This document shows, piece after piece, positions 1 to 12,455 of a stretch of DNA of 64,000 nt (position 1 is the stretch's first letter; each line of letters starts with the position of its first letter). The translations under genes were made by a program, and so were the position numbers. Source of the stretch: Eledone cirrhosa. Lineage: Eukaryota. Under the pieces are notes generated by a model that saw only the letters and a list, made by a program, of their open reading frames with translations, did no database searches and was not told where the DNA came from. The stretch lies in assembly GCA_964016885.1 (NCBI GenBank), contig OZ024743.1, positions 303,242,001-303,306,000 on the forward strand. The letters are read 5' to 3'.

Positions 1-267
1 CATTTGAACGAAATCGGTGGCAAAATGTGGGAGCTAGGGCCTAAAATCTTATTTTTCGATACCTAAAAAAAGGTGACCCTACCTATCGATTTCTTACTGC
101 AGAATGACCCAAGAATAAAAAAAAAACGATACGCTGATATATAGAAAACCATCCCCGTTGCCTAATCTATGAGACTGTAAAGGTTCATGAAAATCGGTCG
201 TAAGGTGTAGGCCCCTATAGGTAATAAACAGACACACACACATACTTAATTTTATACATATACAGAT
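1..267 (+). mobile_element. 3' end of a non-autonomous Helitron/Helentron-like (Lep1/HINE-type) element
   Basis: Repeated AAATCGGT motif (11, 191), short ACAGAC/AC microsatellite and a TTTTATA..ATACAGAT terminus running into (TA)n. This layout is recalled from Lep1/HINE-like elements; the 5' part lies outside the window. Confidence 0.45.
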
Positions 268-495
268 ATATATATATATATATATGTATGTATATAAATC
301 AGGTGGGATTTTGTTTGAAACTAGTTAGACCATTCCTCATGAGATTAATCGATACTTGTGATAGTAGAGTATGGTAATATTATAGAGTTGAAGAGTTTGT
401 AATATATATATATATATTTATGTTGGGGAGGACTGCATCTCTCTCTCTCTCTCTCACTCGCTCTCTCTCACTCTCTCACTCTCTCTCTCTCTCTC

Positions 496-553
<58 letters not shown>

Positions 554-574
554 ACATATATATTGGGGGAGGTG

Positions 575-620
<46 letters not shown>

Positions 621-901
621 ATTTTGTGTTCATGATATCCGTGATTATCGTGTGAAATGATGGTTAAAAATCGTGGAGGATTATACAACGCAAAATAGTC
701 GCGTTGCGAATTGTTATTTGATATTCAACACATGCATTGCCTGTAGATCTGTTGGTATCGTGTGGACGCTTTCTCTTCTACCCTTTTCTATTTATTTGTA
801 TTTTAATCTCAATCTTATCATCTATACACCATTGTTTCTGTAACCCCCTTCTCAAGTTCTCTTGTTCACATATGTGTATATAAATATATATGTGTATATA
901 T

Positions 902-966
<65 letters not shown>

Positions 967-2218
967 CGTATATATGTGTGTGTAGGCGTGTTAATGTGTG
1001 GGTCTTTACATTTGTGTGTGTGTTTGTAAATAACCGCAAATAACCAGACATATACACACGTTACATGTGATGAGTGTTTGAGTGCGTGCGTGTACGTGTT
1101 TGAGTTTCCGTATATATAATAAAGTATGATATAATTTTCTTAGTACACTTTTGCTATATGTAAGATTGTTGTCGTCTTCGAAGTTTTCAATATTCTACCG
1201 GAGTTTACATAAGTGATATATCATATAAGAAGCCTTTGGCTTTAATAAAGTCATGGAACTCTGATTGAGTGAATAGATGTTTAACTGACCCTATAACGTC
1301 AAGACATGTCTAAATATTGCACAACGACTTTGTAATATTTTCTCTAATCCAATAAAAATATCATGTTCATGTTTCGCGTCCAAAATAGAAATGTAATTAA
1401 AATGTCTTTCTGAGGTGGTTTGGCAAGAATACTAGATTTTCCAAATGGCAGAACATATTACAATAGTGCAACAGCCATTAACACTGTCAGTTGACTCAGA
1501 ATTATAGATAACAGGATTTTGATAAATTTAATGACCTAGGTTCCTCCGATCTAGCCACGCGTTGAGCAAATTATACACTTTCGTGACTTTCTTAATGTAA
1601 TATTGTGTTTCAGATACGACTAATCTTCAAGACATGGTCTATATGTTTAGTTTAATCTGTGAATGACAGAGGCGTACATCTTTCACATAAAATGAAAATG
1701 TGTATGCCTTGTCGCTTCGAGATTAGGAAAAATATATATAGGGCGTATGTTTTTAAAGTGGGCCTTTGGAATAATCAAATAATATTTTTTCGCTATCTGT
1801 CTAGTCGGTGACATTCTCATGAAGGATTTCATATTTGATAATTGTGATTTCCTATCGTTGATGATATCAATAACTAATATATCTGAAATAAATGAATCAA
1901 ACAATTACAAATTATGTTAATATCCTTTCAAATCACACTTACCATACATTAGAAAGGATATAGTAAACTCATTATACCAGACAAATGGGATATATTACTC
2001 GTGGAGTAAAATTATCATTTAGATGTTGAATATATTTTTTTTTATTTTATGAAAATAAGTAATTTCTAAATAGCTTGAATGCAACAATTCCGAATGTCTT
2101 AGTATTCCGGGAACAATTAAAGCAATTTAGCTAATGTAGAGTGTAATCATGTTTTCATATTTGGAAAAACAGTTCAATGCCACGTACTCGAATATATATA
2201 TATATATATATATATATA

Positions 2219-2391
2219 GGAACAAGTATGACCCTGACGGCAGAGCTCAAGCCGTTTCGACGGCTAGCCGTCGAAACGGCTTGAGCTCTGCCGTCGGGGT
2301 CATACTTGTTCCTATTACGCACTCTACTACCCTACGTATTGAGTACTTTCGTGCGTTATGGTCCATCTGGTTCCTTACCACATTTCCTTCG

Positions 2392-2392
<1 letters not shown>
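2219..2392 (+). mobile_element. Minimal palindromic PLE (family A) insertion: 94-bp hairpin plus 80-nt tail, in (TA)n
   Basis: 2219-2312 is a palindrome centred at 2265/2266 with one mismatch. The sequence matches the 3' end of the RT/GIY-YIG element at 31488-33360 and of 35761-36628. Flanked by (TA)n on both sides; contains only the 3' half of the hammerhead (CGAAACGGC..GCCGTC GGGGT). Confidence 0.85.
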
Positions 2393-2471
<79 letters not shown>

Positions 2472-2606
2472 ATATTTGGGGAGGGTCATATTTGCGTAAT
2501 ATTGCCAGAATTAATAACAGAACACACTCACTGTTTGGTTGGTTTTCGCTTCTCGCTGTCTTTTATATATATATATCTGCGATCTAACTTACTCGGTCCT
2601 CAATGT

Positions 2607-2669
<63 letters not shown>

Positions 2670-2674
2670 TATAT

Positions 2675-2713
<39 letters not shown>

Positions 2714-5329
2714 CTGCGTGTATGTGTGTATGTGTGTGTGCACATATGTGCATGTGTATGTACGAATGTGTCTAGATGTGTATGTCTGTGCCCACTTGTC
2801 CTGCTGTCCCAAGTATTTTTTTGCGAATACATTAATCGTTGCAGTATGGGTGCTGTGTTGCTAAACTATTTTTCGTAAATGAATAAAATACGATTTTATG
2901 TGAGTATGTATATTATTTCTCATCCATAGATTAGCTGATGGAAAAGTCTTAGCTAATACATCGTCGTCGTGATGTACGGTACATTGGCTTCATGCGATCC
3001 CAAATTTTCGTTGGTTGCCTAATACAGTAGCTGTGTCATATGAGCCATCGGACATGACCACACCTCACATTCGTCAACATATCCTTAGCTAAATGCGAAC
3101 ACGACTCATTGTCTTGGGAGAGTTTGATATTGCATAAAAGTAAATCCAAAAGTCTGACCCATATGTCAGAATGTGGCATAACAGGCAGTATCATATGATT
3201 ACTCGGAACTATACCGCCAAGAGAACCACGAAATTTGTGTCAGCTGTACTGGCTTTCCCTGGATTCTATCAGTGAAGTCGAGAGGAAAGCCTAGTTTCAT
3301 GAGCATCCTATTATTTTTTATAGAAAACTCAGTTTAAACTTACCCTTTTTCTGTCTAGATTTTGTTCACCATATCATTACCAATAAATGAAAGTCACGTC
3401 TTCCTGCTAATATGTTCTCTCTGAATTGATGTACAAAGGGTGTTCCACGTTCCAACTCAGTTACTCGAGGAACGACTATTGCTCCACTGATAAGCTACTA
3501 GACACCCAAACGGGTGAGGAACTGGTTGAAGTGAGGTTGGTTTCCCCTGCAGTTACGAGGAGTTAAGTGCATTTGTCTTTGTCAATAAGATTGTACAATA
3601 AACCTCCAAGCAATTCATCGAATATACATATATATTCCCAGATCTTCGCAGAATATGTGGGGGTGTAAGAATCACAGGATCATATTTGACTGATGTTTTC
3701 ATATCAATCTGTATTGGACAAAAATCAACTCAGAACAGCCCTGTCTTTTTTGAAACTCGATTTGAGTTGGTTTTGTTGTAAATGTATTGCTCTTATTAAT
3801 GACAGAACAAATTATTGAACACAGTTTATATCTTCTAGACACTTAACTCCAGTGCTGATGCTGAAACCAGATTTACATTGAGATTGAAGCATGTATTAAC
3901 CAGCTACCACATTCAGATGTCCGCAGTCTTCTTGGCGATTTAATGTCAGAAACCGTACATAATATCTGACTTATTATTTTTTAATAATCTTCTACCAATG
4001 ATTAGGTAAATCAATGTTGTTGCACCAGCGACCTCTGCATTAAAAACACAGGCTTCCTTCCCAACCCCAAAAATAAGAGATTTGTCAATCTTTTATAATG
4101 ATGTATTTGTAAGATAGGGTAATTATGAAGTATTATTCTTTTTTCAGTTCCATCAAATTGAACATTGTTTCATAAGATTTGGTCCTGTAATTTTGGAAAG
4201 CAAGAACCCTTTTATAGAAAATAAATTTCATTCTCGATTTATAAAGGTTATGCGAAGTTGGTCAGTATATGATATGACGCATTTTTTAAGAGAAAAACTG
4301 TTGATTATTGAAGGCAGTGAAATCTATGTTACTAGGGAATAATATCTATCACACCATCACCATAAAAGGCATGTACACATTGCCATGCATTGCTTGCTAA
4401 TCATTTGAAAAATTGTGTTCTTGAACATTTTAAACACACATTTATAAGTATTCAGACATAATTCAAAATAAAATTCTGAGATGAAAAATATTTGTGAATA
4501 GCATATTCCATAAAAGGAAGAACTGTAAATTGGTCGGTTATTATTAGGTAAATTACACATTATAAGGTGCATGTTGTTAGGAATAACAAAATCATCACAA
4601 AATTGAGGTATTCGATGTTTTACAAATATTTTCTATGTCCTTATCACACAAGTATGCCCATTAATGAATCAAGAATTCATCAGTTTCAGACCATCGCTAG
4701 TTATAAAATTCTCTTCAGTATGCAAATATTTCTCTAGCTACAAGATATCTATATACTGTACCATTAACAAAATTTGCTGATAAATCATATGTTGCATGCT
4801 TCTTGCTCTTTTCCCAATTGGTGAATTTATATCTACAAATGCAATAATAAATATTCACTAATATCTTATCACATCAGCCTCAAATTTATGCATAGGCTGT
4901 CTTTCCCTGAACTGGAGTACTAGCGTTCAGATACATGGTCAATCGATATGCATACATTTATGATAAACGGTGCTGATACTGATTTGGCTGTAGTCATCCG
5001 TTTTATATCTAGACGCAGATTATACTGTATTCTGTTGCTAATATGGTAGATTATTATCTCAAGGATAATTAGCTGCTATTTTACCAGATGGAACGGCAGG
5101 AAACATGTCCTCACGTTAACTCCACATTGTGCATTTTTATTCGTGATGCACATTGGCGTGATATACGCTTATTTTCTCGACGTGTTATATATAAATGTGA
5201 GATAATATCGATTGACAACTTCACAAATAGAAAACTCCGACCAACTTCCTTAAATCAAGGTAAACAATAATCCCTCAGCAACAAAACGAATCATATATTT
5301 TAAATATGAAACAAAATGGAGTCTTTTCG

Positions 5330-5500
5330 CATTGGTAGAAGCTCGGACGCCTTGCTTTGCAGTATAGAGTTACGGCTCATTACGATTTGATTTGAAATCC
5401 AGCAGAAGTGAACTTTGCCTTTCATCATTACGGGTTTGATAAAATAAAGCACCAGTAATGCACTGGGATAATTGCTGGCCTTGTGTCAAAAGTAGAAAAA
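5330..5500 (+). mobile_element. SINE family 1, diverged copy
   Basis: Aligns by eye with 21329-21513 (ACTTTGCCTTTCATC..GATAAAATAAAG.ACCAGTAATGCACTGGG..GGCCTTGTG..AAAGTAGAAA). Confidence 0.8.
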
Positions 5501-5849
5501 CATATATAATATATTAAGATTTAGACAAATGAATTCAGAATTGTGTCTTATTTCAATTATAATAGAAATCCTAGATAATTATCAAGGATGTGACATCAAA
5601 TATTAGTGGCAATATATTTTGTTAATAAAACATTAAAGTGTTCATACAATATTTTCATAGTAGAGTATAACAGAAAATATACATTAAATATTTGAAGATG
5701 TAAAAACTCTAAACCAAGAATATTCTCGCATATAAATCCGATATCCATGGGAAGTTAATAATGTATTGATTCAGTGAAATAAACAATATCTGATTACATT
5801 GTTTTGATCTTCATCGAAATCGTAATGCCTTCCGCGTTGAGAATAAGGC

Positions 5850-8800
5850 ATATTCGTGCCCCGTTTTATTTTATTTTCTTTCATTTTCCCATTTCCCTTT
5901 TGGTAAATATTGCTTGCTTCATTTTCAATGTAGTGACCTTATTTGAACGTTTTTTTTCTCGCGCCTACAAGCGTAAAAAAATGATTTGCCCGCTCACTTT
6001 GAAACAGTGTCTATGGGACAGCGACTCAAAGGATGAGACAAGCATTACAACCCCCCTCAACACCATCACCAATGTCACCATTGTTATCACTATAACCACT
6101 ACAAACAGCAAGCCTATTGTCCCCATCGGCTACAACAACAGCACCAGGAAAAGCAATGAATGCAACGACAGAAAACATTAATAATAAAAATAAAAACAGC
6201 AGCAGCAACAGCAAAAGCGACAACAACAGCAGAGGCAACGACAACATCAACAGCAAAAATATCACATTCGCTTCACACGGCTGCAACGGAAATGAATGAA
6301 ATGTTTGTTTTCGACTAAACTACGAGAGAGGAATATTTGGCTCAGGCCGCCAAACTAAAGGAAATGCGATAAGACCTGTATAACCTAAAATAAGACATCG
6401 GCAGGAACGGAAATGAAAACTTTTATATATAGATGTATTAGCAGTCAGCCAGCCAAGAATGACGCAATATCCCAGATGCAGGTGGTGCAAAACGGTTGAT
6501 GCCGGGCAACCAATACATGGCAAGGGCCAAGCAGTTCAGGAGTATCTCGCTTTTTCAATAACGAGGCTCATTCAAACGCATTCCATGTTCCCCAGAGAGG
6601 CGGATTTGCTTATTTTCTTTCCCTCTCACATGGGTAGAAGAGCGCCAAAGATCCTCAATGATGTGACCCTTCCAGAAATTGACACCTGGTGGTCCATTAT
6701 TATGCAGAGCTTTAGAGGGGAGCTAAATGATACTCAAGGTATAGAAGAACTGGAAAGAAAACTGGACTTGAATCAATGAGGATATAATTTTCCAAATCAA
6801 ACCAGAGAAGATTGTAAACTTCCCATGTATAATTAGCCTCCCAGGTGACGTGGAGTTCAAAGCCTTAGTTGAGGGCAAGATGTACCACTGTCATTTTTGC
6901 AGGGTAACTGGGAATTTAAGAGACATTTAGTTCTAAACAATGGATAGGAAACCACAGATTCCCCTTGCTTCCGATACATGAATATCAACAGTGGCACCAA
7001 CAACCTAGTAGCAGCAATAACAGCAAATTAAACACCACCATCACTACCAAAAACCAGATAATCTAACAAAGCCATAGGTAGGTTAGTCAGAATAGCTCTT
7101 ACTCTACTACACTCTATCGTACTCTCTACGTCTTCTATATCAACAAAAGCAAGCACTCTCCCACTGACAATTGTAGCAGTCACCGAGAAATCCTCATCTT
7201 AAAATGAATCCCGAATCCCTCTAAAAGAAAAAGAACAGACAAGACAAAAATCTAGCATCACCCACAAACAACAGAAAACAGTGACACAGCACTACAACGG
7301 AAAAAAGTAACACCATATTACAACAGAAAAGAGTGACACCATACGACAACAGAAAACAGTGACACCACACGTACAACAGAAAACAGTGACAACATTTTGC
7401 AATAGAAATGAGTGACACAACACTACAAGAGAAAACAGTGACAGCACACATACAATAGAAATAATTGATAACACACGCACAACAGAAAAAACATGCATCA
7501 CGCACAACAATCACATACATATTCATAACAAATCACACTCCACCAACTCAACATTACAGCATCCAGCAACAATACAGCGTCTAACACCATCTGCACAACC
7601 AAGCACATGTAGACACACACAACCATAACAACTGACCCCACAGACACCCACAAAGAATTGATGGCCCTTAGAGCATGAAACGAAGATATTGTGTGAGAGG
7701 GGTAGATCTTTGCCACCAGCACCAGCAAAGTGTCACAGACTCTTACGAATGTGCGAATGGTACTATAGACGCACAAACAAAATTAGGTAGAGCTACCTCC
7801 ATGGTGTGGAGTCCCGTTAAATCAGAGTCCCGTGTAGGTTTTGAAAGGAGTACTAAAAGAGTAGAATCAATACCCTTTAGTAAAGCAGTATTAATATAAA
7901 ATACAAAAAGGGGCTGCAGTTGGTAGCTAAATTAGAGGAGTTGATTAGAAGTGGCAATACAACTGATGTGCTAATGGTGAAAATGTCATTAGACAATTTC
8001 TTCAATGCGGAACATGGAGGGTATATTGCTAGAGCTAAGGCACGCGATCTAAGAAACGAGGGAAGGAAAGCTTTTCGATTGGCTCGTGCCAGAGGGTCAG
8101 CATCGCAACAATGCCACAATTCAGTATTTGACGGCCCGAGACAAATGCGTGCTTGTGTATTACAAGCAAATATGTGGGGATTTTCGAGGGTTGTGGTGGG
8201 GCGAAGACATTAGGGGACTTCAGTTCCTAACTTGACGGTCTGTCGTAACTCATGGTACTGATGATGGCTGCTCCAAAAAGCCTATGATAGCTGCCGACAT
8301 ACGGAAAGACTTGGCAAACAGCATTAGGCGCATATCAACTTGTTTGGTTGGTCTGCTCTATGGGTTTTACGTAGATATGCTAGACTTTTTCTCCCGCCTT
8401 CTCCCACCGTCTACTGCAATTGGCAACAGAATGGGAGTATTCCCAGTTCAGCGAGATGGGGGGTAGTGATGCTTATATGGAAAGACGAGGTGAAAATGGA
8501 CGTCATCGAAGATTTCCAGCTCTCAATCTGCTAAACGCCTTTAGAATCTTAACCAAGATTTTAGCGTTGAGGTTGCTGATTATCAAACGCCTGATAGAAG
8601 AAGCGGAGACGTGCGCAATCCTGACCAGGTCGATACTTGTTAACCTCTACCTAATGCGATATCTCATAAAGGCAGTAGATGTATATATATCTTCGGTGAT
8701 GTGCTGAAAAATCTGGATCAAATGAAAGCTTTCAATATGACCGACCATCTGTAACTGAACGCTGTCCTCAATGCAGCCGGCTTTGAGCCCTTCAGCGGAG

Positions 8801-9420
8801 ACTGGGTTACTCTAATGCACATCGGAATATGTTGGCTGGTCAAAATCAACACCCACATGTCGGCACCGTTCCAGACCGTGCCATTTGTCCATCAAATATG
8901 AAATCACTCCTGCCTTATAAATGTATTAACTCCATCCATTTCTACAGAAATTAGGAATCCCGTTTTAACCGGGACGTTTTAAGGCTTCATATAAGGCTTC
9001 ATCATCATATGCTATAGAAGTTGCATAGCGAAAGAGTTGAGTGGTGGACGCGGCTGATCCCTAGTTAAGCGTTTCAAGTTCCACTTTAAAAGGAGGGTGA
9101 GGGTGATGAGGGACGTGCTCCCTATCAGTATATTTGGTAAAAGTTGGTGAATTTAGCGAGAATGGTCCATTTGAATGGACCTAATTTGACCATGAGCCTG
9201 TATGCTGACTAGTTTAGAGGGGGGCGTGGTGACCAACTAAAGTGACCTTGGAGAATAGGTTGGTTGAGGATTGGTAGGGCTCCTGAATCACCCCTGGGTT
9301 TTACTACCCTCATTATTGGGGAAGTTTCTTTTTTAAGTGTTTTATTGTTTATTGTTATCAGTTATATATACGATATCATTGTCTTTTGTATTATCACCTA
9401 AGTGTCTACATTGTGAACAA

Positions 9421-9456
<36 letters not shown>
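5850..9456 (+). mobile_element. Old, internally deleted Tx1-clade non-LTR retrotransposon with (TAG)n tail
   Basis: ORF 7920-8213 (VAKLEELIRSGNTTDVLMVKMSLDNFFNAEHGGYIARAKARDLR) is homologous to 22750-22900 of the younger element. RT remnant NLDQMKAF at ~8710, FKFHFKRR at ~9075 (cf. FKFHLKRK), Thr/Asn-rich ORF1 remnants at 6000-7650, (TAG)12 tail at 9421-9456. The 5' boundary is approximate. Confidence 0.75.
7268..7490 (+). repeat. Degenerate tandem minisatellite (~20-30 bp, ACAACAGAAAACAGTGACAC-like) in the old LINE ORF1 region
   Basis: About 8 imperfect recurrences of ACAACAGAAAA(C/G)AGTGACA. Confidence 0.7.
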
Positions 9457-10577
9457 GAAATATTTTATGTTCACTTTATTTCAATAAGAAGTAGAATAAA
9501 ATGAAAACAGGTTGTTTGTTTTTGGAAATGTACACATCAGTTTACGTATGTTTGCGTTTTAGCTTTTTGTTGTGTGGTTTTCATTTGTTGTATAGATTAC
9601 AATATTCAGTTGATATTAATTCAGTAGCACGAAATGTTTCTAGATCCTCACCAGAACATCTTTATTATAATTTTTTTTTTCTCATTTCTTATGCTATTCT
9701 TAGGCTATATTTCATTCTAAGAACTTATCCTTTACTCCCTCTTTCCGTTTACTTCCTCTGAAATGGCATCCAATCTCTCTCTAACATCACCCATTTTCCT
9801 TGAGTATTATTATTAAAAAACCTTGTGCCAGATTATATATTACAAGATAAGCTTTTAATTTGGAAATGTATACGTTCTGCTGGACTTTTTCCGATTAACT
9901 TTCCGGACTATAAATTGTTTACATGGTTAATTTGATGAAAATGTGTTATATCCTATGCACACCTACACACAATCTATTAGCCTGTTGGTCTATAAAGAAA
10001 AATATGCATGTAGACATACTTTAAATTCGCCATAGTGGATTTCTATTGTTTGATGAATATCTAAGGTATTTGCCGATGTCTGCTTATCGACAGAATATCA
10101 CCTTTCAGCTATTAAAGAAATTCAAATGTATTTGCTGGTATTTTTATGTGCCAGCTATTTTTGCAGCCAAAATAATATTCGAACTCAACATTAACTATAT
10201 TTTTTTCTTTACATAGCATAACTCGTTCTTATCGAAAACCAATGACAGTACATAGAAAATAACATAGATAAACTCTAGAGATATTATTGCCGTTACCATA
10301 CTCATTCTTTTGTTCTTCCACTTCAACTTCTTAAGGGTTATACTCGTTGGAATATCTTTAGCAGAGAAGAAATTCTAGGAGGCAACTTCGTCATGAAATA
10401 ACGCTGATTAATTATTTACATGCTATGTTTCGTGTGCTAGACCCCCTAAGTATGACGAAACGTTGGTGATCTTTGAACATCAATAATACTGTGGCATAAT
10501 CACGACGTTGCGGTTTCAAATCACGCAGATATCAAATTTGACTTTGATATTTCTAGTGTCTATTATATAAAGGTGAA

Positions 10578-10857
10578 GGCGCATGGCTTAGTGGTTAGTG
10601 CAGTAGGCTTGCAATCGAAAGGTTGTAAGTGCAATTCCCGGACCGGGTGATGTGTTGTTTCCTTGAGCAAGACACTTTATTTCACGTTGCTCCAGTTTAC
10701 TCAGCTGAAAATGACTACCAGCAATAACTGGAGGTTTAACCCTGCGATGGACTGGCGTCCTGTCCATGGGGAAGTATTGTACTCTCAGTCGCTTCACGCC
10801 ATGAAACCGGGATAAGCACCGTCCAAATGGGCCTTCTGGCTCAAGACAGATTTACTA
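10578..10857 (+). mobile_element. tRNA-derived SINE family 2 (CORE-like central domain)
   Basis: A box TGGCTTAGTGG and decayed B box (AGTGCAATTCCC), then TGTGTTGTTTCCTTGAGCAAGACACTTTATTTCAC resembling the CORE-SINE domain, then AACCCTGCGATGGACTGGCGTCC and a GAAACCGGGATAAGC tail. Confidence 0.75.
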
Positions 10858-11700
10858 CGTCATCGTATCGCTAAAACAGCACATGATGTGACCAGCGGCG
10901 CCGATTGGCGCCCGACAGACTGGTCGGTCAAGGTGATCAAGGTGATAATATAAAGTAGCCTTCCCATAATGAGGCACTGCAATGGATTTTCACCTCAACC
11001 ACACACAATTACTGGTCATGTTTATGAATCATATATCACAATTAGTATGTAGCTGAGTAGTTAAGAAGACGAGATATCTAAGTGAATTTTCCAGTCTGTG
11101 CTAACTGGAGAATCACAAATTATTTTTATATTATTTTATTCCATTACAGACTCTACTCTGTGACCATTAGAGTTGGTGGTTAGATCATTTTGCAGTGGTT
11201 GTATAGATTTCATGGTGGTACTGTTTATCGGGTGATGTTTTTATCAAGCATTCTGAAATAAGATGGTTTCTTGTTTTAACACATTGCTTACAAATCATGC
11301 ATTTTGAGTCTGCGCCAATTTCAGATCATGATAATTTCTCATAAGAATATTACGGTACTGTTCTGCTTCTATGAATATTCCTGTCATTGCATTTAGCCCT
11401 GAGCTATTCGACCCCGTATCAATATATTGGCTTCGAAGTACATACTATTGAAGCTTAGTCTTTAAATTTCTCTTGCTTCATGATGCTTTTAATTCGCACA
11501 TTGGCAGATTTTCACTGCCATTTCAATTTTTGGAATGAGTTGTGTTGATGTATCTCTACCATTTCCAATAGATCACTTGTGGGTTTCGTGATCTAGAACC
11601 TGCTGTAACAATGTTGTTTAAACTCAATCAAATTAAACAATCTGACTGTTGTTTTACACGTATACAACAATTCAGGATATTATTTCCCTGTCCACTTGCT

Positions 11701-11784
11701 TCTTTGGGCTGTGTCATTTTGCTTTATTGAAGATATTTGTTTTCTTTGGGCTGTGTCATTTTGCTTCATTGAAGATATTTGTTT
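11701..11784 (+). repeat. 42-bp tandem duplication
   Basis: TCTTTGGGCTGTGTCATTTTGCTT(T/C)ATTGAAGATATTTGTTT occurs twice. Confidence 0.9.
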
Positions 11785-12455
11785 TATCCGTTTAATTTCT
11801 CTTACATTTCAGTTTACAACCTTGAAAGTGAAGGGTACACACGATACAGCCAGCGAAGCTATTTATAACACGTCTTCTTCATGTGTGTCATTACGATGAA
11901 TGTTAATAACCGTATGTGACCCTTTTCTGTTATGGTTTCATTGTAGCATGTTGAAAGTCATGTCTTTCATTAACGTTAAGTTTAAACTAGTTCTTTGATT
12001 GTTGTGTCTATTTCAGTCAATTAAATTGCACATTATTTTCTGTTTAAAGTAAATTTCGCAAACCTATCCATTATAATCTTCATAATTTTTGGCATGAACT
12101 TCTTGACAGCTTTTAAGAGCCCATCAATTTTTTGTATATTCTTACCATCGAATCTTCAAACTTTGATATTCAAATAAATTGTCATGATTATCCCCTTCAT
12201 CTGGTAACCACTACTTGTATGTAATTATGAGGATAAGGGAATTAACATGAGACAGAAAGAGTGTGGAGATATATAGTCGCTTCGAAACCTAAACCCGGTT
12301 AATGTTCACACTCTCAGATGTCCATGAATGTATTGAGTGAAACAACATAGGGGTCGGCTTCCGAATTCATGAGATCAGCTTTGATGACACTTTTTTATCG
12401 TTCTATGAATGATACTAACTAATATTTTGATACACTGGTGAATGCTTTCTGATAA

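Noticed and set aside
3344-3421. Minus-strand candidate exon with a strong GTAAGT donor
   Set aside because: Stop codons in all three frames.
4650-4725. Hammerhead-like CTGAAGA..GAAAC on the minus strand
   Set aside because: No helix I complementarity and no valid NUH triplet.
3900-4830. Resemblance to totivirus RdRp motifs (WEKSKKHATY, IDFTAFNNQQ)
   Set aside because: Motif spacing is about three times too long and no GDD motif was found.
7268-7490. Spaced short repeats as a CRISPR-like array
   Set aside because: Eukaryotic context, degenerate units without unique spacers, and located inside a LINE ORF1 low-complexity region.
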